Assembly (NCBI RefSeq): GCF_009914755.1
Contig: NC_060931.1
Source: the human T2T-CHM13v2.0 reference genome, Homo sapiens
Length of the DNA: 64,000 bases
Direction: 5' to 3' (one strand)
The translations under genes and the position numbers were made by a program. A model generated the notes under the pieces. It was not told the DNA's origin and ran no database searches. It was given only the letters and a program-made list of their open reading frames with translations. The first letter of the stretch is position 1. Each line of letters opens with the position of its first letter. This document shows, piece by piece, positions 15,418 to 31,549 of the stretch.

Positions 15418-16116
15418 TATGACAAAAATAAAATAACACATTGTAAAAAATGTACACAGGTATCAAACATATTAATATTGTAAAAATAAAAATATTTATT
15501 CAGCGTAAGAATTTGTAATGATCACAAAATGTTCACAGCTTATATTGTAGTACAGTTTCAAATGCCTAGTGCAATTGCTATTTATTTCTGTGTGTATTTT
15601 AAACATGTATATAATAAATATTTTTCAGGTTCAACAATATATATCAATCCAACTGGCTTTTATAAATATTAGTTAACATCAATTAGTAAATTCATATATA
15701 TATATACACACGTGAATCAGTCTGTATGCATGTATGTGTGTGTAAATGTAACTGTATGTGTGTGTAAATGTAACTGGATGCATCCTAATATTTACCCTTA
15801 CCTACAAGATTTCCAAGATTCATTTATTATCTTTAAATGGTGTGCATTGAAAGATTTACCAAATAAAATTGCAATCGTGGAAAATATCTAGATGTTATTA
15901 AATTCATCTTGTACACATAATTGTTTCTTTAAATTTATGTTTCTTGCAAAACTTGCGGTAATGCTCATGCATAAAATAATTTTCTAAATAAAAAATAAAA
16001 ACATTTTCCCAGTCATTAATTCTTAATAAATATTTCTCCCCAATAATTAATGTGAATTAATTCTTAATTTTTAATTATAGAATAATGTTGCCCTTCAGAG
16101 TTCTGAATCTTTTGCA

Positions 16117-16564
16117 CGTTGTATACATTTCACTAACTAGAACATCTTCTGGAATATTGGCATTAATTAATGTCACTCAACAATTAATGATTTCAAAGAA
16201 ATTAAATGCCATTCATATTCTGAATCACAAGGGTACTTTGGCATCTAATTTAATCAAGCTCTTTGTATCATCATCTACAGTTTAATTACTTAACAAACAT
16301 TTCTCTGTGTGAGAAAGATTGAGCAGGTTATTGTGCTTTTCATTGTATACATTTCACTAACTAGAACATCTTCTGGAATATTGGCATTAATTAATGTCAC
16401 TCAGCAATTAATGATTTCAAAGAAATTAAATACCATTCATATTCTGAATCACAAGGGTACTTTGGCATCTAATTTAATCAAGCTCTTTGTATCATCATCT
16501 ACACTTTAATTACTTAACAAACATTTCTCTGTGTGAGAAAGATTGAGCAGGTTATTGTGCTTTT
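16117..16564 (+). repeat. Tandem duplication, 2 x 224 bp
   Basis: TTGTATACATTTCACTAACTAGAACATC at 16119 and 16343, with only a few substitutions. It gives the twin ORFs at 16085 and 16309. Confidence 0.97.
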
Positions 16565-19500
16565 TTATGATGCAACTTTTGCTTAATCTAGAGATAGGCA
16601 ATGCTCCCTATAAGGGACAAAGAGAAAAATGAAAGAGCAATAGAGATGTGACAGGCATGGAAAAAGACAATACATTTATAAAACAAATAGGGCCACAGAT
16701 GATGATAATGGGGATCAAATCTTGAGATGCTGACTCAGTTTATAACCGCAGTGTACAATAGAGCAAATCATTTGTTAATTATTTTACAAATGGAATCTAA
16801 TTTAATTAAGATGAATACAGTGTTTTAAACAAGGCAGGTCATCTAAAAATAAAATAGTGGAAAAAGTCATAAAACCAATGTAAAAATCATAAACATTTTA
16901 TAAAGAATTTTTGTCATGTAATTTAATATTTTTCGTTATTTAAGATCACCCAAATCAAAATAATTTTATCTTAATTAACAAATAATCATCAGAAGTTAAC
17001 TAATTTTTACTTTATAATACTAGGTTTAAAAATTCTTCACTATATTTTTAATCGTACATGCTTATACATAAAATAGACATAGGGTATATGTCTACATGTT
17101 CACAATATTATATTGTAATTGATCCTATGGATGTGGTTTTTCAATAGAATTAATAAGTACTTTTAAAAAGTTTCAATTTCAATGATATATATGTTTGATT
17201 TTTCTTTGACAAAGCATACATATATTGATAGGTAATAATAAGAAAATCTTCTAAAGACATTACAGGAACATGAATAATTAATTAAATCCTCAATAATTTG
17301 TAATGTTTTATGTAAGTGGAACACATTTAACTGAAAATTGCTTTTATATAATACTCAAACGAGACTAAAAACATATTAACTAGCGGAGTAAGTCTTCAAA
17401 TTGATAATCTGAACTATAGAAGAGGAGAAACTTCAAGCACTCAAATATTTGAAATGCTACAAAATATTTATATAAACTAATATTTAACAATTTGTTTGTA
17501 GAGTGCTATACAGTAATCAATATAAATGACATCTCAGTCTTTCTATAGCTTTGACCACATTTACCTCCTAATTTTAATTATTAATATGTTGGAGCAGTGC
17601 ATACAACTAGATTCCGATCTTCCTTTTTAATGAGTAAAAATATGTCCTTTGAGACAGCATTAAAGAAAGAGCACGTTGTATAAATTCAATGCCAAGAGAC
17701 AAGATATTCTTGATTCTGAAGTCTTGTTCTTTTATACAGCAATGTAATTAATAATAAGAAGAAAAGCAGGACATAGATATGGAGTCTATTTTCATCAAAA
17801 ACTGTCTATAGATTTTGATGATAAAATTTAAAACTCTACTATATTTAGTTAGTCACAAAAAACTAGGTTGTGGGAACATATTTGGTCAATAAAACACCCC
17901 TACCAAATGCTGACAAGAAAAAAAGTTAGGTACCACATTTCTTCTCTGCAGATGGCCTGAGATGGGTTAATTTGAAAGAATCCTTCGAAACCTGAGGTGA
18001 GCCCTGAGAACAGCATAATCCACTGCTGTCTCCCACATTCAGTTTCTCAGTCTGTGCTCTTTTAATTTTGGGGGGAGGGAAGCCAGTCCTTTAAAGCGAT
18101 CTTCAGCATGATGGCAGAGCCAAGGAGTGTGGACAGGTGGCACGGTGTCTGACTTTGTTCCAGCAGCCACTTGGGCTTTCTCTGGGTCTTCTCTGCCCTA
18201 GGGATAGCACTACTATTGAAAACATGTCTTTGTGACATTCTCTATGCCAGGAACTCCCAACATATTTTCCTTGAAACTGATGAAATGAATAAAAATAAAC
18301 CAAGAGGTGTGCTGTTTGTTTCTGTTTCCTCCTTTCTGCAGCCCTTCTTGATCATCTAATATTTTTAAATATATTGTCGATCACCAAAAGGAGCATAAGG
18401 GCTTTATTGGTTTGTAGCAGATGTATTAATAGCCCAGCACCTATTCCTTACCTGTAGCTGCTGGGAAGAAAACCATTCTTAACACTCTACAAGGTCTCAT
18501 CTCCAGAATTTGCACCAGTTTCTAGCTGAGGACTTTCTCTAGCAGCACGGGAGATTGTTACTGGGCATGAAGTGGGAAGAAAAGGTGAGGGTAACTAAGA
18601 AGTATCTCCCTGGATTCAGTGATGTAATTCTGAGGCACGCTCCACATAGCTTCCCATAAAATTAAGCCCAGATATCTAACACAGGAACTTACCTCTTAAC
18701 ACGTGTGGTATTGTCTTTTCTATCTTTCTTGTTTTATTTTGTTCTCTTTTCCTTGTCTCACTTTCGCTGTGTCCTTACTCCTGCTTTAAGAATACCGAAA
18801 CAAATACGTTCAATTATTTTTTAGACTCTCAGGACATAGTTGATAGTTGAACTTGTAGTCTATGATAATCAGCTTGGATGTTATATTGACAGGAAGAGGG
18901 TGAACTCACAATGTCTAATTAAGATACAATTTAAAAAATATATTGAATCATGTCCAAAGACTTAAAAAGCCTAAGCGGTAGCGTCACAATTTCTTCTTTT
19001 TAGTTTACATGGTTTCTTAAACGCCTACAATTATTTTAAAGGAAGCCTTGAGTCTAGGAAAAATTGAGACATATGGAATAAATTACCAACCCATTTCTCC
19101 TTGAAATCCATTAGATGTTTGATGATTCTTCACAAATATTTCTGAACTGAAAAGCTAGTTGGGAATTATTTTTATAAGCATATCCTTATGTAATATTTTG
19201 TTTCTAAGAGTGAATGGAAGGTTTAAAGATTAAATTATTCTATCCAGAGAATAAAAAGCAATTATTTCACAAGGAGAACATGTGTATGTTGACACGACAT
19301 TTTAAAATCTGGATTTTAAAATAGGACCCATATACTTTTGAGTCAATTAGTATATGTTTGTATCACTCTGTCTACAGTTTTACACCTGTCAAAAGGTACT
19401 TGAACTAAAAGAAGTACCTTGAACAATTTTGAAATTTATTATTCCTCTGAAACGGATTAAAAGAATGATGGTAGATTGAAATTTGGATTGGCATAATTTA

Positions 19501-22050
19501 GGAGAGAAATTACTCCTTGGAGATCAACCTCTGCCAAGATAGTTTATAATGACATTAAGACTTTTTGATTTACACAATTTGTTACATAAAAAATACTAAG
19601 ACGATGACAGATAATACACAGACTTTAATTAAAATTGTACTAAAATCAAAAGTCTAAATAAATTACAAGGGTACGTGGTACATCTACATGTATGTTTATA
19701 TATTTTATTTGTGCATTTTATTCCTAGGGTTGCTTTTTGCTTTAGTTTGTAAAACGTTCTTATTTTTATAATAATGTAGTATATACTAAATAAAGAAAAA
19801 TCAGGAAATAGAAAATGAAGAAGAAAACATTAGCTATTGTCAACCAAATAAAAATTGTGCAGTCTCTAAGTACATGAACGATGTATTATTTGTACAGCAT
19901 GTACAATGTTTATGCTTCACAGGGTGAGGTAGAGACTGCAAAACATTGAACCTGGGACAAAGAAGAAAGTAAGGAAATTTTCAGAATATATTAATATTAC
20001 AGAAAATGTTGAACTTAACAGTTAAGATACAAGTAGTGAAAAATGATAGTATTTAAGGAGATCTAGAAAGGTTAATCTATATCAGTAATGTGTGAAAAGT
20101 ATTAGAATAATGCGTGTATTTCTGGATTGGCATCGATTTCTATTGAGACTGGAAACATAATGGAAGTGAGCAAAAAAGAATTTAAATCGTGGATACTTGA
20201 GTTTTATACCTAGGAGTTCGAGAAGTACATTTTGTTACTATCAAAGCAGTTGGCACAAGAGTGTACAAAATTCCCTAATTGTGTCTATGACATAGGTGAA
20301 GACATAGACAGAGAATAGCAAAACAGAAATAGCAAAAAAGCACAAATAAATTTTACCTGTATTTTTACGTAAAAGCCAATTAGAGTAGGAAAACACGAAA
20401 TTTGTGTTTTATCAAAATTTTTCTCTTATAGTATAGTTGATTATATTACTGGAAAAAAATTGAAGCATTGGTATGTTCACAAAAAAAAAGTAAAATATAA
20501 GGTCAAAACCATGGGAATGCAGGGAGCAGACAAAATATACCTAAACACTGAAACTGATTTTGCCCTACGGACATGTAGCAAAATGAATGAGTGCAGATTC
20601 CTACTGTCATACATCACATAGGACAGTAAAGAAATACATAGTGTTTCTCAAGATAGGGCATCACACAGGAGCTCTTCCCTGAAGCTAGCACCAAAATTTA
20701 TATCCTCAGTATAAAGAAGAATCAGAGGTAAATTAGTCTCATTTCACATTTCCTGGAAATGGCAAATAAAAATGACTTGAGATTGGACAGATTTAAAGAA
20801 ACTCAATCATTAATGATTTACAGCAATTAATTTAAAAATTGTTTAAATGTGCTGTCCAAACATACGTCCGAACACCTTTAGGCCAAGAATTAATATAATG
20901 TGGTCCCAGAATGGTGTTGCCTTTAGTAGACTCACAAAAAATTCAAATTCTCTTTGGCAAATTTTCTTCTTACTAATATGCAAAAGTGCACAACAATAAT
21001 TTTCAGAGAAAAATAAATATTTGTCATTCAAAGGCATCTAAGTATGCAAGGAAATGATATCCCAGCATTTGAAAGGAAAGCAGAAAATGAGTACAAACAG
21101 ATCCACAAAGGTTCATTAGTAGAAATATCAGTTAGATTATAAAGCACATTTGCTTTCAAAAAATTTAAAAAAAGAATATATTTTTAGGAGACTAAAAAAT
21201 TGATGTAGTAAATTTGAAAAGTAGTTTGTATATAGTATTTTAACTTAAAAACTCACAAATGAACTCATCAGATTAGACATGGCCATGGTGAGAGTTCAAA
21301 AATATTTCAGAATGCATTACAGAAAATTTAAAAAAAGGCACAATGTGGACAGAATCATGAAGAGACATGAAAGATACAGTGAGAAAGTGTAGCATGTGTT
21401 TAGTGAGTGTTCTCATAGAAGAAGGGAACTGGGAAGGGACAATATGTGATGGTATTTTGGCTGAAAGTTCTCTAGACTTTTGTAAGACATTAATCCACAT
21501 ATTCAAAACTTCTATGCATGCTAATCCAGCTACGATGGAGATAAACCTACATCTACATATCTCCTAGAGAAATAGTAAACAATCAGGAAGGGAAAAATAT
21601 TTCAATTACCATTAGAAAAATCAAATTACCTATAATCATATTGAAATCTGAAAGCATGAAAGGTAAAAGAAACAATATTATTTGTTAAGAATAATAATGC
21701 CATTCTGAAATTCTCAACCAAGAAAAATATTCATCAACCTATGGCTAAATCACATATTTAGAGACAAAAAACAAAACAACACCAGCAGAATTCCACTAAA
21801 GAAACTAAAAGGAAACTCTGAAAACATGCTTCAGAAAGATTGAAGTTCTGAAATCAAAAAAGAACACAGAGCCAAATATATTGTAAACATACAGATAGAT
21901 CAAAATAGAAAATTAGGTGTTGAAACAAAAGGATATTTAAAATTAGATAAGCACTGCAATATGTATGTTAGGAAGCAAATTATAAGGGCTGAAGTATTCA
22001 AAGACCCCTTAATTGTCTGACAAGAGCAGAAAGGTATGACTTTGCAACTC

Positions 22051-22352
<302 letters not shown>

Positions 22353-23528
22353 GACTTTGGAACTTTAATAAATTGACTGGACGTTATGCATTTCTCTGTT
22401 GTATCTATGAAAACAATAAAAATCAAAGTCATAATTTTAAAACAAGAAGACAGAAAGTGATAGGAGAAAATGAGACATTATATATATATACACAACAAAT
22501 TAATAATACAAAATTAAGTATAAATGATCAAAGATTAACTTAAACCTAAGTAGACAATGTTTTTGTTAAAATACAAAGATTGGCAAAATTTAAACATCCG
22601 TCTCTATCATAGTTACAAGAGACACAACTAATATATAAAATTACAGAAACCTTGAAGTTCAAACAATACAGATACTGTGTATATATGATATACATACAAA
22701 CATACTACATGAATATAATTTTTTAAAAAGTTGCTATGTAGACAAAATAGAATGTAAGTTAGAAACATTTATTAAAATAAGTTAGTCTAACCAGTGTGAT
22801 AAAAGTTTTAAGTTATTAAGATGTGATGACTTAAATGTGCATTAGCCTGATACATACATATATATATACACACAAACCACACACTCTCTCTCACACACAC
22901 AGACACACACCTATTTAAAGAGAGAGTCAAATTATATAAAGCAAAAATATCAGAAAGTAAGTAGAAATGGATAAGCCCACAAATATTATAGACATTTCAA
23001 ACACACGTCTTTCAGTAATAGATAAAAGAAAAAATTAAAAGAGTAAGTTTTAAAAGATGCTAGTGGATTTTAAAAAGGGCAAATATTATATAAGGAACAT
23101 GAATATTATAATTCATGTTATTTTCATGTTCAAACAGAATACTTACAAAAATTAACATTTTCTAGACCATACCACAAATTCAAACAATTTTCACGGAAAT
23201 AACGTGACACAGAATATATGTCCTAAACAAACAGCAATGAAGGCAGATATCAATACAAAAACGAAAGTTAGAAACATAAGTGTAATAATATTGGTTGGAA
23301 GCTATTTTAATGAATATTGAAATATTTTAAAGGTGAATAGTCAATACAAATAAACCAAACACTTTTGTAAGGCCACTAAGATGCATGTGTAATGCCTCCT
23401 TTTATAAGGAGTAAATCTGTAACATCACCTGGGCTATTTGACAACTGCAAAGTGAATGTGAGAAGGAGAGAAACAATGAGAGAGAGAGAGATAAAACCAG
23501 TAAAATAAACATAAACAATGAAGGAGGT

Positions 23529-23927
<399 letters not shown>

Positions 23928-26071
23928 TTAAAATATTAAATCTAACAAATATCTAGGTAGACTGATGGAGAAAAATACAGAAAATGCACAAAAAAACAAG
24001 TACCTGGAATGCGAATGTTACAAAACTTCAGCAGTTGTAGATTTTAAATAAGCAATGATTTTTTAGTTCAACCATGATGGGGTATATTGAAAAGAATCTC
24101 TCAGAAAAAAAGAAAAAGAAAACTGTTATAAAGCTATGTACAAAATGTTAAGCACTATTAAATTCTTCCAAATCTACCAGTAACGGAGTTATTGGTCTTG
24201 GACTAACACTCCTGAAAAGAAAAAACCAAACAAAATAAGACAAAGCCTAAAAACCTGGATAAAATGGCCTACCGTGGGCACTGGCAATGCATCCAAGCAG
24301 GTAGGACCTGGGTGCTACATTCTCTTTGTCAGAACACAAAGCATTCATACACTCTTCTCACCCTCACTTTCACCTTTTAATCTTAGATCTACTATTAAAT
24401 ATATTCAACATTACTATCAATCCTTTGGTCAAAATTTCTTTACTCACATTTTGCTTGATGCACTTGGATAGACTGTTCAAGAAAGTGTGAGTAGTGAATT
24501 CCTCAAACTCTTGTATATTCAAAATCACATTTTTGAACCTTGATGCTTGAAGTGTAGCTTGGGTAACAGATGGGCTTTAAGCCAATTTTGGAATGCAAGG
24601 GGTTGAGTTTATTAGGCATCAGCACCGCAGAAAATCGTGGGGATGCAGGCTTAATTTCAACAGTATTCTAAATACTTGAAAGATATTATATAAGTCTTTA
24701 ATAAACTCCTGTGTCTACAAATGGTTCACATTAACTCAATATCCATGATTAAACATCCATAAAATCAAGGCACTGTTATTTAGTGGAGACTTGCTGGTTA
24801 TTCTATGAGAGGAAGTATTGTTATTGTAATCTCATCATCTCATAAAATTGTATCATATTACTCATAACCAGCCCTTCATATTCTATTCCTATTTTGGTAT
24901 TTTAAAATAAGATATCTTTGAAACTCTTGAATTCAAAGAGGGAATCTGAATAATTTTTAAAATGTCAATGAAATGCCATTTCTTCATGCTTCAACAACTA
25001 AAAATTGACTGAAGTGCTTCTCTTCAATCTTTCTGGAACATTTCTTATCTAAATTCTAAGAACAATCACAATAGGTTTTAACCACAAATGTGAGAATATT
25101 CTAAATGTTAGGGTGGAACAATTTTTAAAATATTTTATAGTAATTTTTTTCATCATAGTGACAGTGTGCTAATTTTTTTTAAGCCAACTATTACTGTAGA
25201 CATTTAAGTCAGGATTCTAAGAAGCTGTTCTAAAGTCCAAAATTTAGTTTCATATACACTGATATTATATATATATTTGCTTAAAAAATTAATACATGTG
25301 AGCTGTGTTTCAAATAGTTGAGAGATTATTATATGAAAGATTCTTGATTATATAAAATGCCAATTACTTTTAGGCAGACATGCGTTAAATAATTACATAG
25401 GCAGTTGTGGTTGATTCTACTCTTTCTACTGGCATTTGTATGGATATACTATTATGGTCTGAAGAATATTTAGGCAAATTTATCCCTCATATGATCAGAA
25501 GAACAATGCAAGATAGTTTATATCTGAAAGGAAAAAATCTTTATACGGTTCTTAAAGCGTAAATCATTAACAACTTGGATAATAATTAGCATAAAAATAC
25601 ACAAACATGCCCTCTTCCTAGCAGTAAGTACACAGTGACAACAGAATCAAAGCATGTGGCTATGTGCATGTTTATATTTCAAGACGCAGAGCACTCTATT
25701 CCTCGTCTCTGCCCTTTCTAGATGGCACAATTCTTCATGAATCTAAGTGCAGTCATAGGGTGGATTAGGGTGACCTGCCATTTGTATGCAACTGATCTCT
25801 AGTTTGGAAGTAAGTAATATCAAAATATATTTTTAAAAGATAATTTCAAATTTCAGGGCAAACTAGCATGGTTTCACCCCTTTTCTTTGGAACATTTTTT
25901 CTAAGGTTGGAAAAGTAAGGTAGGCTTAGTACGATTTTAAATAATAAGTTTTCAAAGTGAGACGCAAAATGGTGGCGCGAACACATTTCACATCTGCTAC
26001 ATTTTGAAGACACTTATTGGAGAAAAGACCTTCTCATCATTTTTCTCTTACAGGAAAGGAAATAACATGTA

Positions 26072-26443
26072 CAGTTGACCCGTAAGCAACACGGAGGTTG
26101 GGGTGCTGGCACCCCTGCACAGTAGAAAATCCACTATAACTTTGACTCCCCCAAAACTTAACTACTAATAGCCTACTGTAAGCCTTACAAATAACACAGT
26201 CAATTAACACATATTTAATATGTTATATGTCTTATATACTGTATTCTTCAAAAACATGCCAGAGAAAAGAAAAAAGAAAATCATAAGGAAAATATATTTA
26301 CTAGTTATTAAATGGAAGTAGATGATCAAACAAGTCTTCATCCTCATCCTTTTCATGGGCAGGGTGTGGATAAGGATGTAGAATTGTTGGTTTTGCTAAG
26401 TGGACGTGCACAGTTCAAACCCCTGTGGTGCAAAGTCCAACTG
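26072..26443. mobile_element. Tigger2a/MER28-like DNA transposon
   Basis: TA|CAGTTGACCC ... GTCCAACTG|TA inverted termini with TA TSD, and internal TAACTTTGACTCCCCCAAAACTTAACTACTAATAGCCTACTG. Confidence 0.85.
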
Positions 26444-26537
26444 TATAGCCATTGAATAGCAATTTATTTTTAGAAATTAACCTCACTAAAATACTCTTAG
26501 AAGGATGCCAAGAAAAAAAGTGAATAAGAATTTTTGG

Positions 26538-29500
26538 TTCATCTATTACATCATTTAATTTCATTATTTCATTTCTTTTCATCATTTCATTTCATTTCCT
26601 CATTTCATCCTTTCATTTCATCATTTCATCATTTCATCTCATTTCCTCATTTCATCATTTCATTTCATCCTTTCATTTCATCCTTTCATCGTTTCATCTC
26701 ATCATTTCATCTCATTTTATCATTTCATTTCATTCTTTCATTTCATCATTTCATCTCAACATTTCATTTCATCCTTCCACTTCATCTCATCATTTCATCA
26801 TTTCATCTCATCATTTCATTTCATCTCATCATTTCATTTCATCTCATCATTTCGTCTTTTCATCTCATTTCATCATTTCATTTCATCTTTTCATCTCATT
26901 TCATCAATTCATCATTTCATCTCATCATTTCATCTCATTTCATTTCACTTCATTTCATTTCATCATTTCATTTCATCACATCATCTCATTTCATTTCGTC
27001 ATTTCACTTCATCTCATTTCATCATTACATCTCATGATTTCATTTCATCTCATTTCATCTCATTTCATTTCATCTTTTCATCTCATCATTTCATCATTTC
27101 ATCTCATCATTTCATTTCATTCATCATTGCATCATTTGACTTCATGTCATCATTTCATCATTTCATATCATTTCATCATTTCATCTTTTCATTCCATCAT
27201 TTCATCATTTCACTTCATTTGATTTCATCATTTCATTTCCTCATTTCATCATTTCATTTCATCCTTTCATCATTTCATCTCATCATTTCATCCTTTCATT
27301 TCATTATTTCATTTCATCATTTATTCTCATTGTTGCATTTCCTCATTTCATCATTTCACTTCATCTCATCATTTAATCATCTCATGATTTCATTTCATCT
27401 CATCATTTCATCTCATTTCATCTTTTCATCTCGTCATTTCATCATTTCATTTCATCTTTTCATCTCGTCATTTCATTTGATCATTTCATTTCATCAATTA
27501 ATCATTTCATCATTTCATTTCATTATTTCATCATTTAATCATTTCACTTCATCATTTCATTTCATTTCATCATTTCATATCATTTCTTCATTTCACCATT
27601 TGATCTTTTCGTCATTTCATCATTTCATTTCATCATTTCATTTCCTCATTTCATTTCACCTTTTCATTTCATCATTTCATTTCATCATTACATTTCATCA
27701 TTTCATTACATTTCATGATTTCATCATTTCATCTTTCATTGCATTATTTCATTTCATCTCATTATTTCATCTTTTCATCTCATCAATTCATCATTTCATC
27801 TGATTTCATTTCATCATTTCATTTCATTTATTTCATAATTTCATCATTTCATCATTTGATTTCATGTCATCATTTCATATCATTTCATCATTTTATCTTT
27901 TCATTCCATCATTTCATCATTTCACTTCATCATTTCATTTCATTTCATTTCCTCATTTCATCATTTCATTTCATCCTTTCATCATTTCATCTCATCATTT
28001 CATCCTTTCATTTCATTATTTCATTTCATCATTTCTTCTGATTGTTGCATTTCGTCATTTCATCATTTCACTTCATCTCATGATTTAATCATTTCATGAT
28101 TTCATTTCATCTCATCATTTCATCTCATTTCATCTTTTCATCTCGTCATTCCTTTGAGCATTTCATTTCATCAATTCATCATTTCATCATTTCATTTCAT
28201 TATTTCATCATTTCATCATTTCACTTCATTTCATCATTTCATTTCATCATTTCATTTCATCATTTCATATCATTTCTTCATTTCACCATTTGATCTTTTC
28301 ATTTCGTCACTTCATCTCACCATTTCATCATTTCATCTCATTTCATTTCATCTCATTTCATCATTTCATTTCATTTCATTCTTTCATTTCATCATCTCAA
28401 CATTTCATTTCATTTCATCATTTCACTTCATCTCATCATTTCATCATTTCATCTCATGATTTCATTTCATCTCATCATTTCAACTTTTCATCTCATCATT
28501 TCATCATTTCTTTTCATTTCATCTTTTCATCTCATTTCATTTCATCAATTCATCATTTCATCTCATCATTTCATCTCATTTCATCAATTCATCATTTCAT
28601 CTCATCATTTCATCTCATTTCATTGCACTTCATTTCATCATTTCATTTCATCACTTCATCTCAACATTTCATTTCGTTATTTCACTTAATCTAATTTCAT
28701 CATTTCATCTCATGATTTCATTTCATCTCATTTCATTTCATCTCATTTCATTTCATCTTTTCATCTCATCATTTCATCATTTCATCTCATTTCATTTCAT
28801 CATTTCATTTATTTCATCATTTCATCATTTCATCATTTGACTTCATGTCATTTCATCATTTCATATCATTTCATCATTTCATCTTTTCATTCCATCATTT
28901 CATCATTTCACTTCATCATTTCATTTCCTCATTTCATCTTTTCATTTCATCCTTTCATCATTTCATCTCATCATTTCACCCTTTCATTATTTCATTTCTT
29001 CTCATTGTTGCATTTCGTCATTTCATCATTTCATCATTTCACTTCATCTCATCATTTCATCATCTCATGATTTCATTTCATCTCATCATTTCATCTCATT
29101 TCATCTTTTCATCTCGTCATTTCATCAGTTCATTTCATTTCATCTTTTCATTGCGTCATTTCATTTGATCATTTCATTTCATCTATTCATTTCATCATTT
29201 CATTTCATTTCATTAATTCATCATTTAATCATTTCACTTCATTTCATCATTTCATTTCATGATTTCATATCATTTCTTCATTTCACCATTTGATCTTTTC
29301 ATTTCATCATTTCGTCATTTCATCATTTCACTTCATTTCATTTCATCATTCCATTTCTTTTCCTCATTTCATTTCACCATTTCAGTTCATCATTTCATTT
29401 CATCATTCCATTTCATCATTTCATTACATTTCATCATTTCACTTCATCTCATTTCATCTTTCATTGCATTATTTCATTTCATCTCGTCATTTCATCATTT

Positions 29501-29918
29501 CACTTCATCTCATCATTTCATTTCATCTCATCATTTCATTTCATCTTTTCACCTCCTCATTTCATTTAATCATTTCGTTTCATTTCACCTTTTCATCTCA
29601 TCATTTCATTTCATCAATTCATCATTTAATTTCATTTTTTCATCATTTCATCATTCACTTCATTTCATCATTTCATTTCATCATTTCATATCATTTTCTC
29701 AATTCATCATTTCATCTTTTCATTTCATTTCATCATTTCATCATTTCATTTCATCATTTCACTTATTTCATTTCATTATTTCATTTCATTTCACCATTTC
29801 ATGTCATCATTTCATCATTTCATTTCATCATTCCATTTCATCATTTCATTTCATTTCATCCTTTCATCATTTCATCTCATTATTTCATTTCTTCATTTCA
29901 TCATTTCATTTCATTTCA
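26538..29918. repeat. (CATTT)n/(CATTTCAT)n satellite-like array, ~3.4 kb
   Basis: Continuous mixture of CATTT, CAT and CATCT units, with almost no G on the + strand. Confidence 0.97.
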
Positions 29919-30784
29919 GTGATACATGTATTTAAGTTCTAATGCGATGCCCAGGAGACACCCTATTTCCCTGTGTAAAACACCTCCTTCAACAAAAGGC
30001 AACTTCTCATGGCTGGCTAAGTCTACAGGGATACCAGCCTCTCTTCAACCACCCAATTTCATTTAGAACCTCAAACAGCACCTCAGTTTCATAAAAACCT
30101 AAAACATAAACACAACACTTGGTTGTAAGTGAGCCAACAGTTTCTTGTCTCTTTCTCTGCTCAAGGCTTAAGGCCGTGTCTCCCCAACTACATTCAGTGG
30201 AAGAAAAGATCCCATGGACAAATAAGTTTGAGAATTGTTGTTGCAGGAATTCTCAGAACGTTCAAAACACAAATCCTCATCCGCAGGGATCTTCAGGAGG
30301 GAGATGGCCGATGCAGCACAACTTTCCTTCACAGGAGTATCTTTCAGAATACAGTATGAGATACAGAAAGGCTGCATTGAGTCTTTTTAATGGCCCAGGC
30401 CTTGGTGGGGGTGGGGTAGGAGCTCTCCAGATAGCATCTAATGAGTAGGAATATTCAGGTGGCTTTTTTTTTCCTTATTGGCAAAACTGTGTGTACACCA
30501 TGAATGAAGCTGGTCTCCCTTATCCATGTCAAAACTAAACCCAAATTAATTGGCTAAATTGGGACTCAACACCTCCAGGAGCCACGCGGCAGAAAGCCCC
30601 AACACACTTTAAATTAGCTTACCTCATCATATTTGAGGAAAGCAAAACGCTTATGACCAGTATGCTGCTAATACAAGCCTACAGATAATGTTGTATGAAA
30701 AACTAGTTTTCCCAATCATAGCTGGCATAGTCCACATTTTGCATTACACTTTCCCCCCTTTTTTTAAATTTTAAACACAGGTCT

Positions 30785-30872
30785 TTTTCTCTTCTTTTTT
30801 TAAATTTTAATTAAATTATACAAGACGGAGTCTCAGTATGTTGCCCAGGCTGGCCTGAGACACTGCCTGGCC
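30785..30872 (-). mobile_element. Internally deleted Alu monomer (FLAM-like)
   Basis: GACGGAGTCTCAGTATGTTGCCCAGGCTGGCC is joined directly to TGAGACACTGCCTGGCC. Flanked by TTAAACACA(GG/AA)TCT direct repeats (30771-30784, 30873-30886). Confidence 0.75.
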
Positions 30873-31549
30873 TTAAACACAAATCTTAATTCATTCTTAC
30901 AATTATTCTGAGGTTACAAAAATGGAAGGGGAAGAAAAATGGCAAGTAGGTAGGCTGACTTCAGCTTCATTATTTGGAAGGACAGTTTGCTCGGTTAAAA
31001 CACACTACTGCTTACAAAGGCCAAGACAACAGAAAAATACAGACTTACATAAATAGATTTTATATGTGACAGCAGTTTGAATGGAGACTTTTTCAATGCA
31101 ATGAGAAACAGCTGTGCTTGGGAATAAATGACAACGAATTTTTTTATCTCAACAGCTGTCCTGAGAGCATGTCTCTACATCTCTACCTGCATTCTGGAAT
31201 CAGGGAGAAAGCCAAAACGGACGACAAGACACTAGATCAGCTGTGTTCAACCCTTTGACTACAAGGACTTTTCCACCTATCTGTGGTGGTGGGTAGCATG
31301 AAAATTATGCACAAACCTTTTTTTTTTAATCCCATCAGCTGTTGTTAGCATTAGTGTATTTTATGTGCGGCCCAGGAGCATTCTTCTTCCAATGTGGCCC
31401 TGAGAAGCCAAAAGACTGGACACCTGTGCGGTAGATCAAAAGGCTACTCCTTCTGGAAGCAATTGTAAAGAATTTCTGACATTATCTTGACATGAAAACC
31501 AATGGATAGTGGGACAGAATGCAAAATCTTTAAGAATTTTTCTTGTCTC

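Noticed and set aside
16085-16509. Two paralogous 66-aa ORFs
   Set aside because: By-product of the 224-bp tandem duplication, with no recognisable domain or splice structure.
26538-29918. HSat2/HSat3 or CRISPR-like array
   Set aside because: The dominant unit is CATTT, not CATTC. There is no constant repeat with unique spacers, no cas genes, and the DNA is primate.
26534-29942. Many His/Phe/Ile/Ser-rich ORFs
   Set aside because: Artefacts of the stop-poor (CATTT)n array.
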